Below, piece by piece: positions 55,538 through 63,832 of a stretch of DNA of 64,000 nucleotides. The position numbers and the translations under genes are program-made. This DNA comes from a virus (taxonomy: Duplodnaviria > Caudoviricetes): IMG/VR virus record IMGVR_UViG_3300037183_000141, positions 1-64,000 of that record. One strand, 5' to 3'. Position 1 is the first letter of the stretch. Every line of letters begins with the position of its first letter. The notes below the pieces were generated by a model. That model saw only the letters and a program-made list of their open reading frames with translations, searched no databases and was not told the origin of the DNA.

Positions 55538-56086
55538 ATGACGATACAGGAGGCCACGCTGGAGGAAATTAGATCGGTCATAAGGCCGGATAAGAAGAGC
55601 CTTTTACGCTGCAAGGCAGGAAGGCCGAGGAGGATAGAGACGGTCTTCCCGGCGAACGCGCTTCTCGTCTCGAAGACTCACATCCACCTGGCGAACTGGC
55701 TGGCCGCGTGGGAGTTCGACCCGACCCCGGAGCTGGAAGGCGCGATCCAAGACGGGATGTCCTATGTGTTCAGGGCCGCGTGGACGTCCGAGACGTACGA
55801 GTTCAATGGGTGCACATACCTGTCCATGGAGCAGATATTCGACCCCGACACGGACAGATATCGTTTCCATCCACTGTGTAAACCGTCGTACGACGGGCAC
55901 AGACACAGGTGGAACGGCCATAACGGAAAGCTTGAGGTCCTGTGCGAGACCAGCTCCGGGGCGACGGGAGAGAAAATGCTGAAGCTGATGAAGGACCGAT
56001 CGTTCCTGCTGAAGCGAAGCGGCCGCGACGCCGGGACCTACAGACTCCCAAGGGGGTGTTACTCCTGGGAGGAGAAGACTCTCTAA
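55538..56086 (+). CDS. Hypothetical protein
   Basis: TAAGCT 6 nt before ATG. Confidence 0.62.
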   Translation: MTIQEATLEEIRSVIRPDKKSLLRCKAGRPRRIETVFPANALLVSKTHIHLANWLAAWEFDPTPELEGAIQDGMSYVFRAAWTSETYEFNGCTYLSMEQIFDPDTDRYRFHPLCKPSYDGHRHRWNGHNGKLEVLCETSSGATGEKMLKLMKDRSFLLKRSGRDAGTYRLPRGCYSWEEKTL

Positions 56087-56361
56087 GCCTTTCCGCCCTG
56101 GGTTAGAGTCACCATCGGTCCGGCGAGAAGGGTGAGGGGGCCGTCCTTTCCGGGGGCGGCCGGGATCTCGATACCCTGACGGGCGATCTCCGCGATAAGG
56201 GACACCACACGGGGGAGCTCGCCCATCGAAGAGCGGGCCAGAAGGACAGCAAGGTCGTCCTCACCCGCCCTCACGACGTCCTTCCACAGGTCTTCCCAGC
56301 CGGCGAGAGCCGCCTGCGGGGAGTCCGATGGAACCCTGGCGACGCAGATTACGACCTTCAC
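56083..56361 (-). CDS. Hypothetical protein
   Basis: Packed ORF in a minus-strand run. Confidence 0.5.
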   Translation of the reverse strand: MKVVICVARVPSDSPQAALAGWEDLWKDVVRAGEDDLAVLLARSSMGELPRVVSLIAEIARQGIEIPAAPGKDGPLTLLAGPMVTLTQGGKA

Positions 56362-56372
56362 GCCTTTCGAGG

Positions 56373-56765
56373 TCAGGACAGTGAAGAGGATGTCGTCCCC
56401 TGGCCGAAGACCGTCCCCCAGCTCACGGCCGTGTCCTCATTCCGGAAGCCGAGCCTCCGGAGTATCTCGCACATAGCCCAGGCGTCGACGAGGTGCCTCG
56501 GGTGGCGCATGAGGTCGGCTACCCCGGTCCCGACCCTCTTCCGAAGCTCCACGAGCTCCATCCCGTCGGCCAGGACTAGGGCCGTGGCGAGGTCGTCGTT
56601 CACGTCGAAGGAACGGCGCTGGACGACGGACTCCGGGAGCGCCCCGTGGATCCGAAGCCCCTCTACGAGGGGAAGGATGGGGACCATCTTCCTCTCGGTC
56701 AGGATTTCCTTCGTCAGGTCGAGGATCTGGTCTAGCGCCATTCCGGACATTACGTTAACGCTCAC
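56373..56765 (-). CDS. Hypothetical protein
   Basis: TAAGGAGGT SD inside the upstream gene; GTG start overlaps the upstream TGA. Confidence 0.6.
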   Translation of the reverse strand: MSVNVMSGMALDQILDLTKEILTERKMVPILPLVEGLRIHGALPESVVQRRSFDVNDDLATALVLADGMELVELRKRVGTGVADLMRHPRHLVDAWAMCEILRRLGFRNEDTAVSWGTVFGQGTTSSSLS

Positions 56766-57295
56766 GTGTCCATGACCTCCTTAGCAAACCGTAAGGCCAC
56801 CAGGTAGGCGAGGGCCTTGAGGGACGATATGCAGGCCCTGGCGACGGCGGCCTGCTTTTCCTCCGGGTTCTTCGACGCCGCGGCCTCCATATACCTGGCC
56901 AGGCACTCCTTTCCCATCTCCCTCCAGTCGCAGTCGATCCCGGTCCCCCGGAACCCATCTGGGCCGAACATCTTCGTCCTCGTAAAGTCCTTATAGGGGT
57001 CGAAGACCTCCAGCGACATCAGGGACAGGACAATGTCGAAGGCCTCCTTGAAGTTCCCGGGGACATAGGCCTGGTACTCCGGGAGCGCCAGGAGCTCCCA
57101 GTCGTCAGCGAGCATGTCCCGGGACTCGAGCTGGGACGACGGCCACGTGTGCTCGGAGGACCCGGCCTTCATGGTGAAGTGATCGGACCGGACACCGGCT
57201 ATGAGCTCGACGGTAATATGGTGTCCGGCCGGCCAGGGCCTCCTGCGGGCCCTCCGTCCGGCGCGGAGCGCAGGAAGGGCGTCCTCTATCTTCAT
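56762..57295 (-). CDS. DUF2829/Tad2-like domain protein with C-terminal extension ending ...KEVMDT
   Basis: MKIEDALPALRAGRRARRRPW...W.SSQ...DMLADDWELL matches the DUF2829 pattern; TAATCT 5 nt before ATG 57295. Confidence 0.65.
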   Translation of the reverse strand: MKIEDALPALRAGRRARRRPWPAGHHITVELIAGVRSDHFTMKAGSSEHTWPSSQLESRDMLADDWELLALPEYQAYVPGNFKEAFDIVLSLMSLEVFDPYKDFTRTKMFGPDGFRGTGIDCDWREMGKECLARYMEAAASKNPEEKQAAVARACISSLKALAYLVALRFAKEVMDT

Positions 57296-57322
57296 CACCG
57301 AGATTACACCGTAGTGTTGGCC
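57296..57322. promoter_or_regulatory. Back-to-back leaderless promoters in a 27-bp gap
   Basis: TAATCT (minus, 57301-57306) 5 nt before ATG 57295; TAGTGT (plus, 57312-57317) 5 nt before GTG 57323. Confidence 0.65.
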
Positions 57323-57727
57323 GTGACCAGAAACTGTCGCCACTGCGGGAAGCCGCTTTTGAAAGAGAACGCGACGATGGCCGACGGATGCCCCTGTAAT
57401 TCTGCACGAGGGGTCAACCATGGGATCGTGGACAAGCTTACCTGTACGTGTAATGTCTGCGACCCGGCCGGAACCGGCGGATCTCGCCTCAGGTCCACAA
57501 CGCCGACGATCCGCTCTCTGTCCGACTTCGGGGAAGGAGTTTATGTAGTGTATGGGGTGTGCGTGTGCGGGCTAGACACGAGCATGCAATGGTCGTACAC
57601 GATGCCGGACGGGTCCGTCATCCCGAGGTGCGGAAAGTGCGTCCTCAACAGTCAGTCTGAAAGGCTTGAGAAGATCTCGAAGGAGATGTTCGACTATTTC
57701 ACGGCCCTCCACGTGATGACCGCGTAG
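57323..57727 (+). CDS. Cys-rich (multi-Zn) hypothetical protein ending ...LHVMTA
   Basis: CRHC, CPC, CTCNVC, CVC, CGKC; TAGTGT 5 nt before GTG 57323. Confidence 0.6.
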   Translation: MTRNCRHCGKPLLKENATMADGCPCNSARGVNHGIVDKLTCTCNVCDPAGTGGSRLRSTTPTIRSLSDFGEGVYVVYGVCVCGLDTSMQWSYTMPDGSVIPRCGKCVLNSQSERLEKISKEMFDYFTALHVMTA

Positions 57728-57756
57728 GTGTGGTCGTCCGGAGCGTAAGCTCCTGG

Positions 57757-58929
57757 ATGCGCAACCTTTTCGACGGGACGACTGCAGAGGCTAGGGACTA
57801 CCAAGTCCGGATCTGCGAGAAGACTCTGGACCTGCTGACGGGCCCGAACCCGGTGAACTCCGTGCTCCTCGACTCTCCGACCGGGTCCGGGAAGACCGTC
57901 ATGGGTCTGGCCCTGGCCAGACACGGGGTCTCCGTCGGGAAGACCGTCGGGTGGGTCGCGATGCGTAGGAACCTGCTCCGGCAGGCCGCGGACATGGCGA
58001 CGAGGTTCGGATTCGGCCTGGAGGGCATGCGTCTGATCTCGATGTTCGACCGGGATCCCCCGGCCGGCATTGACTGGCTGTTCGTGGACGAGGCCCAGCA
58101 CGACGCCACAGCGACAATGGCGCACGTCCACGCGGTGGCGAAGCCGGAGAGGGTGATCGGCCTGTCGGCAACCCCGTACCGGACGGACCGGGCGAAGCTG
58201 GCGTTCGACCGCGTGATCAAGGAGGTCGGCATCCAGGAGCTGATCGAGGCCGGGTATCTGTCCCAGTACGACCATTTCACCATTCCGGCCTGGACCCCCG
58301 AGGAGGTCGTCCGGTGCTATCTCCGGGACCCCGAAGGGTGGGGACGCTCGGTCATGTTCTTCCTCACCATGGAGGAGTGCCGCAGGACGGAGGCCATGCT
58401 CCGGGCGGCCGGCGTCCGGTGCGAGCTCGTCTGGGGCGGCTCCGACCGGGAGTCCCAGATCGACTCCTTGCGCTCCGGGGGTGCGCAGGTGGCAATATCC
58501 ATGTCCCTTCTGGCCGAGGGCCTGGACGTGGAGGAGCTGAACACCGTCTTCGTGCGCCCTTCGAAGAAGGGCCCGACCCTGCAGATGGCGGGCCGTGTCC
58601 TCCGGACCCTCCCTGGGACCCCGGTCAAGAGGATCGTCCAGTGCGGCGAGACGAAATACCCGTTCGTCCGCGCCGCGAAGCCGAGGTCGTCCTACGCTCT
58701 GTTCGGCGAACAGTTCCTCTCCATGGAGCCGAACAAGAACGTGGAGAACATCTCGAAGGCCTGCCTGGACAGGCTCGTGCACGGCAAGACCCCCGGGATC
58801 CCCCAGTTCATCATGGACGCCGGACGGGGCCGGAGGTTCGCCGAGGACCGCCGGACTAGGCGCGGGTCGCGCCGCGTAGATAGGGGAGGGTCCGGTGTAA
58901 GCTCCACGACGCCAGACGGGGCGGACTGA
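57757..58929 (+). CDS. SF2 DNA helicase (DEAH-like)
   Basis: SPTGSGKT, VDEAQH, GLSATPYRTD, LAEGLDV, QMAGRVLR; TAAGCT 5 nt before ATG 57757. Confidence 0.88.
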   Translation: MRNLFDGTTAEARDYQVRICEKTLDLLTGPNPVNSVLLDSPTGSGKTVMGLALARHGVSVGKTVGWVAMRRNLLRQAADMATRFGFGLEGMRLISMFDRDPPAGIDWLFVDEAQHDATATMAHVHAVAKPERVIGLSATPYRTDRAKLAFDRVIKEVGIQELIEAGYLSQYDHFTIPAWTPEEVVRCYLRDPEGWGRSVMFFLTMEECRRTEAMLRAAGVRCELVWGGSDRESQIDSLRSGGAQVAISMSLLAEGLDVEELNTVFVRPSKKGPTLQMAGRVLRTLPGTPVKRIVQCGETKYPFVRAAKPRSSYALFGEQFLSMEPNKNVENISKACLDRLVHGKTPGIPQFIMDAGRGRRFAEDRRTRRGSRRVDRGGSGVSSTTPDGAD

Positions 58930-58947
58930 CCAACCAAGGAGAACATC

Positions 58948-60021
58948 TTGAACACTATTCCGAGCCTGAAGTACGACATCAAGCCCCTCGACTCCGTTCA
59001 GGTCCGCATGACGGCCTCCCGGACGTCCGCGGGCAAGAACAAGACGCTGGCCGACATGACGAGCCGGTGCGAGGTGAACGTCGACGGGGCGGGGTGGACT
59101 CGCTCCACCTCCCGGTTCTGGGGATCCCTGTTCTCCCTGTTCGGGATCTCCGGGAACATCTTCCGGTTCTTCGACCACCAGGAGGTGCTCGACCGCATCT
59201 GCGAGCGCCGCGGGTCGACCGACCTCCGCTTCTGCACGGACCCTGCCGGGAAGGCCCTGGCTGTATCCAGCGTCAAGCGGGAGCCCGTCGGCATCCCGGA
59301 CCTGCGGGCCCTGGTCCGTAAGCACGGCCCCCGGGAGGTCGCGTACGGGGACGGCGTCGTCACCCTGACGATGGTCCCGAAGTCCGGTATGCGCGAGAGC
59401 CGGATCGGGCCGGACACGTTCCGCGACGAGTACGTGGTGGACGTCCCGGTGGACGGCTACGGCGGCCCGTCGACCTACCTGTCGATGTTCCGCATCATCT
59501 GCTCGAACGGCGCCGTGGCGCGAGTCCCGGAGTTCCGCTCCGACATCGTTACCGGCAAGGACGAGCCGATCCACGCCCTGTCTCGGGCCCTCGACACCTT
59601 CTCGAACGAGGAGGGGTTCTCGGCCCTCCGAGAGCGCTACGAGTCCGCCCAGCGGTCCCCGGCCTCGGTCCGCGAGTGCCTGTCCGTCCAGAAGATCCTC
59701 AAGGACGTTGGGTCCACGGCGCTCGACCGATACGAGGCCGCAGTCGGCGACCTGCGCGGGACCTACGGGATGGCCAACCTGAACGGGCTGAGCGAGAAGC
59801 GCCAGCGCGTGCTCCCGGCCAAGTGCACCGTGTACGACCTCATCAACGTGGCGTCCGAGACGACGACGCACGACGAGCGCTCGAAGGCCACGCTGACCCT
59901 CGAGGCCTGGATCGGCTCCATCCTGCGGGAGGAGTACGACCTCGAGGGCGTCATCCCGCGCGGCAAAGACTTCCAGGGGATCTTCGGCACGAAGTCCCCG
60001 GCCGGATTCGCGAAGGCCTGA
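58948..60021 (+). CDS. DUF932/DUF945-like phage protein
   Basis: DGYGG...MFRIICSNGAV motif; AAGGAG SD before TTG. Confidence 0.5.
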   Translation: MNTIPSLKYDIKPLDSVQVRMTASRTSAGKNKTLADMTSRCEVNVDGAGWTRSTSRFWGSLFSLFGISGNIFRFFDHQEVLDRICERRGSTDLRFCTDPAGKALAVSSVKREPVGIPDLRALVRKHGPREVAYGDGVVTLTMVPKSGMRESRIGPDTFRDEYVVDVPVDGYGGPSTYLSMFRIICSNGAVARVPEFRSDIVTGKDEPIHALSRALDTFSNEEGFSALRERYESAQRSPASVRECLSVQKILKDVGSTALDRYEAAVGDLRGTYGMANLNGLSEKRQRVLPAKCTVYDLINVASETTTHDERSKATLTLEAWIGSILREEYDLEGVIPRGKDFQGIFGTKSPAGFAKA

Positions 60022-60050
60022 GCCTGGACCGCGCGAGGTTAGTCTCCATA

Positions 60051-60680
60051 TTGGAGACAATCGAGAAGGACGTCGGTAACTCCCCTGACGAACTGGCTGT
60101 CTGCGTCGAGGCGAGGACCGGGGATCCATTCAGGGTCCTTGTGTCCACGCTTCTCTCTCTAAGAGCTCGGGATGAGGTCACACATATCGTGACCAGGTCC
60201 TTGCTTGCGGAAGCACCTGATCCAAAGACTCTTGCTGATCTATCTCAGGAAAAAGTTGTTCACTTGATCCGTCAAACAAGTTTTCGGAACACGAAGGCAC
60301 TTCACCTGCGCGGCATTGCGAAGGACCTGATAGAAAAGCATGACGGGACTGTCCCGGAGACGATGGGGGAGCTCTTAGCGCTTAAGGGGATAGGAAGAAA
60401 GAGCGCGAACTTGATTTTAAACCTTGGTTTCGGGAAGGGAGGCGTGTGCGTCGATACTCACGTATTTTCCCTTTCTAATAGACTCGGTATAGTGAGGGCA
60501 AGGACGCCAGCCGAAGCGGAAAAAAATCTTCAGAAGAAACTTCCGCCCGGTTGGTGGATTAAAGTGAACGGTATTTTCATAGCGTTTGGTCGGAAGACGT
60601 GTACGCCGTTCTTACCAAAGTGCTCGAAATGTCCAGTCCATGATAAATGTCCTCAAATCGGGATCAATAAACACAGATAA
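60051..60680 (+). CDS. nth: Endonuclease III (Nth) DNA glycosylase/AP lyase
   Basis: PFRVLVSTLLS, LLALKGIGRKSAN, VDTHV, CTPFLPKCSKCPVHDKC ([4Fe-4S]); TAGTCT 5 nt before TTG 60051. Confidence 0.9.
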   Translation: METIEKDVGNSPDELAVCVEARTGDPFRVLVSTLLSLRARDEVTHIVTRSLLAEAPDPKTLADLSQEKVVHLIRQTSFRNTKALHLRGIAKDLIEKHDGTVPETMGELLALKGIGRKSANLILNLGFGKGGVCVDTHVFSLSNRLGIVRARTPAEAEKNLQKKLPPGWWIKVNGIFIAFGRKTCTPFLPKCSKCPVHDKCPQIGINKHR

Positions 60681-61527
60681 CACGTTCGAGTGTTCAAAAT
60701 GTGGTCCGGTTCCCCTATCTGAGTGCAAGACTTTTCGCTCTAAAAACATCAAGAGCGGATACCGGACATACTGCGGCCGGTGTTCAAGAGCGAGAAACTC
60801 GAAGTCTTACGTCGAAAACAAAGAATCGCATGACCTCGGGACAAAGCTCTGGAGAGGAGCTAACCCAGAAGCGTCGAGGCGGATCGGACGAGACTCAAAT
60901 TCGAGGTGGAGAGAGAAAAATCCGGAGCTAGCCTTGGAGCTAGAACGTCAAAATAACGCCCGGACGAAGGACCTCGTCTGTTCCATAAAGTCTCTTGCTA
61001 GAGAAAAATATGGCATAAAGTGTCAATGTTGCGGCGAGGCAGAAGATGCCTTCCTGCGTATCGATCATGTTGACGGCGGAGGCACACAACATCGTAAGAC
61101 AGTTGGTATCAACTTTTGGTTTTGGCTCGCCGAAGAAAACTTCCCGTCCGGGTTCCGCACCCTTTGCCATAACTGCAATATGTCTTACGGGTCGTACGGA
61201 GGATGCCCACATCAGCCAGGTTTTGTTTACACGCCGGGCTCTTCTTCCGCCAAGAGCATGAGAAAAATCAGGACTGAAGTAATACTTGAATACGGGGGTA
61301 GATGTTCTTGTTGCAGCGAAAGAATTTACGAGTTCTTGGCTTTAGATCACATTAATGGCGGCGGTCGAGCCCATCTCAAGAATCTTGGGTTGAAGAGCGG
61401 TGGCGTAAATTTGGCCCGATGGGCGCGAAACAACGGATATCCAGATTCACTTCGTGTCCTGTGTCACAATTGCAATTTCGCCTCAGGACATTCCGGCGCA
61501 TGTCCGCACTCGACGTTCACCAGGTGA
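60640..61527 (+). CDS. HNH homing endonuclease with two HNH modules
   Basis: CQCCGE...LRIDHVDGGG...LCHNCN and CSCCSE...LALDHINGGG...VLCHNCN; low GC; start uncertain. Confidence 0.82.
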   Translation: MINVLKSGSINTDNTFECSKCGPVPLSECKTFRSKNIKSGYRTYCGRCSRARNSKSYVENKESHDLGTKLWRGANPEASRRIGRDSNSRWREKNPELALELERQNNARTKDLVCSIKSLAREKYGIKCQCCGEAEDAFLRIDHVDGGGTQHRKTVGINFWFWLAEENFPSGFRTLCHNCNMSYGSYGGCPHQPGFVYTPGSSSAKSMRKIRTEVILEYGGRCSCCSERIYEFLALDHINGGGRAHLKNLGLKSGGVNLARWARNNGYPDSLRVLCHNCNFASGHSGACPHSTFTR

Positions 61528-61528
61528 A

Positions 61529-61801
61529 TCAGAACCCGTGGCAGCCGGAGCCGGGGGTCGGGAGTTCATGTATAACGTTCTCCGGCTCCCATGGCTTCCC
61601 GCAGCCGAGGCACTCCGGCCTATCGCGCCTGAAGGCCATGTCCGCGCAATGATCGCAGCGCTTCCCGCAGTGCTCCTTCAGGATGGCACGCTTACACTTC
61701 TTCGGGGAGTGACCGGTATATCCGCATCTGGTGCAGGCCGGACCTTTCTTCAGATATCCTTCTATGGATTCTGGCTTTTCGTCGGGCTCAGTCCCCATCA
61801 T
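61529..61801 (-). CDS. Zinc-knuckle (CCHC) protein
   Basis: CTRCGYTGHSPKKC (CX2CX4HX4C) plus further CxxC; TAGGGT 5 nt before ATG 61801. Confidence 0.65.
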   Translation of the reverse strand: MMGTEPDEKPESIEGYLKKGPACTRCGYTGHSPKKCKRAILKEHCGKRCDHCADMAFRRDRPECLGCGKPWEPENVIHELPTPGSGCHGF

Positions 61802-61818
61802 GGGAAACCCTACAACGT

Positions 61819-62442
61819 CTAACGTCCGGTACTGAGGGCCTCGGATATCTCCGTCCGGAGGGCCCCGCGCTTCCACACGGGCCCGTACGAGGAAGTAGAG
61901 CGCCCGGCGAGACAGTCCAGGGCGTAGCTTCTGGCGGTCGGGCCTATGGCCCCGCGGACGGCCAGGATGTCCAGGTCTATCTCCGCGTCCAAAGGAAGGG
62001 GGTCCGAGGCCGGCGTCGCGACAGTGTCCTCGAGCGCGGCGCCCGTCGGGCCGACTGCGCCCGCGGCGCCCTGGAGCGAGAGCTCTGACGCACGGCGCGA
62101 GTCGGAGTTGGCCATGTTCGCGCCGGTCGCTTTCGCGACCATATATATGTAGTGCCGGAGGGAGGACTTCCTAGGGTCGTGCGCGGAGGGCATGTGGTTG
62201 CGCGCGGCCATGCGGACGCAGACCTCCTGGAAGTAGTCGTCGATCTCGTACCCGGGAGGGGCCCTAAAGTACTTGCGGACGACCTCGCGCACCTCGGACG
62301 CCGCCGAGGATAGGTCGACACCTAGCTGCGTCCCGTCCTCGGCGCACCTGGGCCACGGCAGGTGCGGCGCCCTGGGGGACGCCTCGTATGTCCCGGCTTT
62401 CTTGAGGGCCCTGTACTCACGTGCTCGCTCCGCGGATGACAT
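61819..62442 (-). CDS. ECF sigma-factor-like protein (region 2 recognisable, region 4 degenerate)
   Basis: EIDDYFQEVCVRM...HDPRKSSLRHYIYMVAK; TAACGT 8 nt before ATG. Confidence 0.55.
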   Translation of the reverse strand: MSSAERAREYRALKKAGTYEASPRAPHLPWPRCAEDGTQLGVDLSSAASEVREVVRKYFRAPPGYEIDDYFQEVCVRMAARNHMPSAHDPRKSSLRHYIYMVAKATGANMANSDSRRASELSLQGAAGAVGPTGAALEDTVATPASDPLPLDAEIDLDILAVRGAIGPTARSYALDCLAGRSTSSYGPVWKRGALRTEISEALSTGR

Positions 62443-62466
62443 CCGGGGCCACGTTACCGAAAACTG

Positions 62467-62781
62467 TCAGTGTGGGACTACGTGAACAATGGAGGCCGGG
62501 ACCGTCAAGACCATTGTGCTCCCCCGAAAGCTGGCCGACAGGACGACAGTGCCGTCCTTGGACATCATGGTGACAGTCCCTCTTGTTCCGGAGTAAGAGC
62601 CTGACCTGATGGTCACAACATCGCCGACCTCCACGGGCTGTCGGCCACACTTCCAGTCTACGGTCAAATCCGTCTCGTTTGGCGTTATGAAATACCCAAG
62701 ACGCGACATCATGGAAACAGCTCTCTTATAAGCTATCACACTTCCGTATGACCTTTTTCCTGACGTCTCTTTCTTCTTCAC
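62467..62781 (-). CDS. KOW-motif protein
   Basis: VEVGDVVTIRSGSYSGTRGTV; TATGAT 6 nt before GTG. Confidence 0.6.
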   Translation of the reverse strand: MKKKETSGKRSYGSVIAYKRAVSMMSRLGYFITPNETDLTVDWKCGRQPVEVGDVVTIRSGSYSGTRGTVTMMSKDGTVVLSASFRGSTMVLTVPASIVHVVPH

Positions 62782-62822
62782 TTAGCTATCATACACTATG
62801 GTTCTAATCCACATTTCCTCAG

Positions 62823-63722
62823 ATGACTTCCATGAAGGTAGGGGGTTGGCGGCGCGAAGACCAAAGCAGTAGAGCGGAGAAGATCGCCTCCCAGCCTGAC
62901 TTCTCGGTCGTGAGGGCGAAGATGGGCTCGTACCTCGCCCCGGGTAGCGAGCCGTCTGACCTCCGACGGTTCTCCCCGCCGAAGAGGCATAACCAGCTGA
63001 CGTCGAACTCGTGCGTCGCGAACTCAATGACCAGGGCGCTCGAGAATAAGCGCATCCAGAAGGCATACTATACGGCCCTGTCGACCGGGACGGCCGACGC
63101 CGCGGCGCTCGCGGCGGCGCAGTCCCAGCACGTCGCCCTCTCAAGGCTCGCCCTATACTACCTCTCCCGCGAGGAGATGAACCCGCCGGAGACGGACAAG
63201 GACGGGGGGACGATCATCTCGATAGCCGCCGAGCTCCTCCGGACCTTCGGCGTGTCGCGCGAGGACCCGGACCCGTCGGACCCGTCCGCGGCGTCATGGC
63301 CGTTCGACCTCGCGAAGCTCTTTGTCCCGCCGTCGTGGAAGGCGATGCGCGACGCCGCGGTCCACAAGATATCGTCGTGGTCCAGGATCTCGAGCTCCGG
63401 GAGCCAGCGCGTTGACGACGTCATCGCGGCGCTCTCGGCCGGAAACGTCGTCGTCTACGGGACGCAGGTCGGGAGCAACTGGCAGAAGTACGACGGGAGC
63501 TCCGTCATCCAGCCCGTGGTCGGGACCCCAGAGGGGGGCCATGCGACCATGCTGTGCGGCTGGGACCCCTCCGGGTTCTTCTGGGACGAGAACTCCTGGG
63601 ACAACAGCTGGGGCGACGACGGGTTCTGCAAGGTCTCGTCCGACGTCGTCGCGAGCGACCAATCGTCTGATTTTGTCGTCGTGCAAGGTGGGTGGGAGCC
63701 CTGGCACCAGCAGGCGGCGTAA
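62823..63722 (+). CDS. Papain-family (C1A) cysteine protease
   Basis: HNQLTSNSCVANS (Gln/Cys), GGHATMLCGW (His), ENSWDNSWGDDGF (Asn). Confidence 0.88.
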   Translation: MTSMKVGGWRREDQSSRAEKIASQPDFSVVRAKMGSYLAPGSEPSDLRRFSPPKRHNQLTSNSCVANSMTRALENKRIQKAYYTALSTGTADAAALAAAQSQHVALSRLALYYLSREEMNPPETDKDGGTIISIAAELLRTFGVSREDPDPSDPSAASWPFDLAKLFVPPSWKAMRDAAVHKISSWSRISSSGSQRVDDVIAALSAGNVVVYGTQVGSNWQKYDGSSVIQPVVGTPEGGHATMLCGWDPSGFFWDENSWDNSWGDDGFCKVSSDVVASDQSSDFVVVQGGWEPWHQQAA

Positions 63723-63731
63723 GTTCGCCAA

Positions 63732-63830
63732 ATGGGCGACAACATCCTCCGGTTCCTGCTCGGAGTCACATTCGGATACTGCATCTGCCTCCTCCTGCAC
63801 CGGGAGGGATGGCCATGGCGCTGGAGATGA
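63732..63830 (+). CDS. 32-aa single-pass membrane peptide
   Basis: Manual translation MGDNILRFLLGVTFGYCICLLLHREGWPWRWR. Confidence 0.45.
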   Translation: MGDNILRFLLGVTFGYCICLLLHREGWPWRWR

Positions 63831-63832
63831 TC

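Noticed and set aside
57694-60129. 811-aa minus-strand ORF
   Set aside because: Antisense shadow of the helicase and DUF932-like genes; R/G/A/P-rich with no motifs, typical of GC3-biased coding on the other strand
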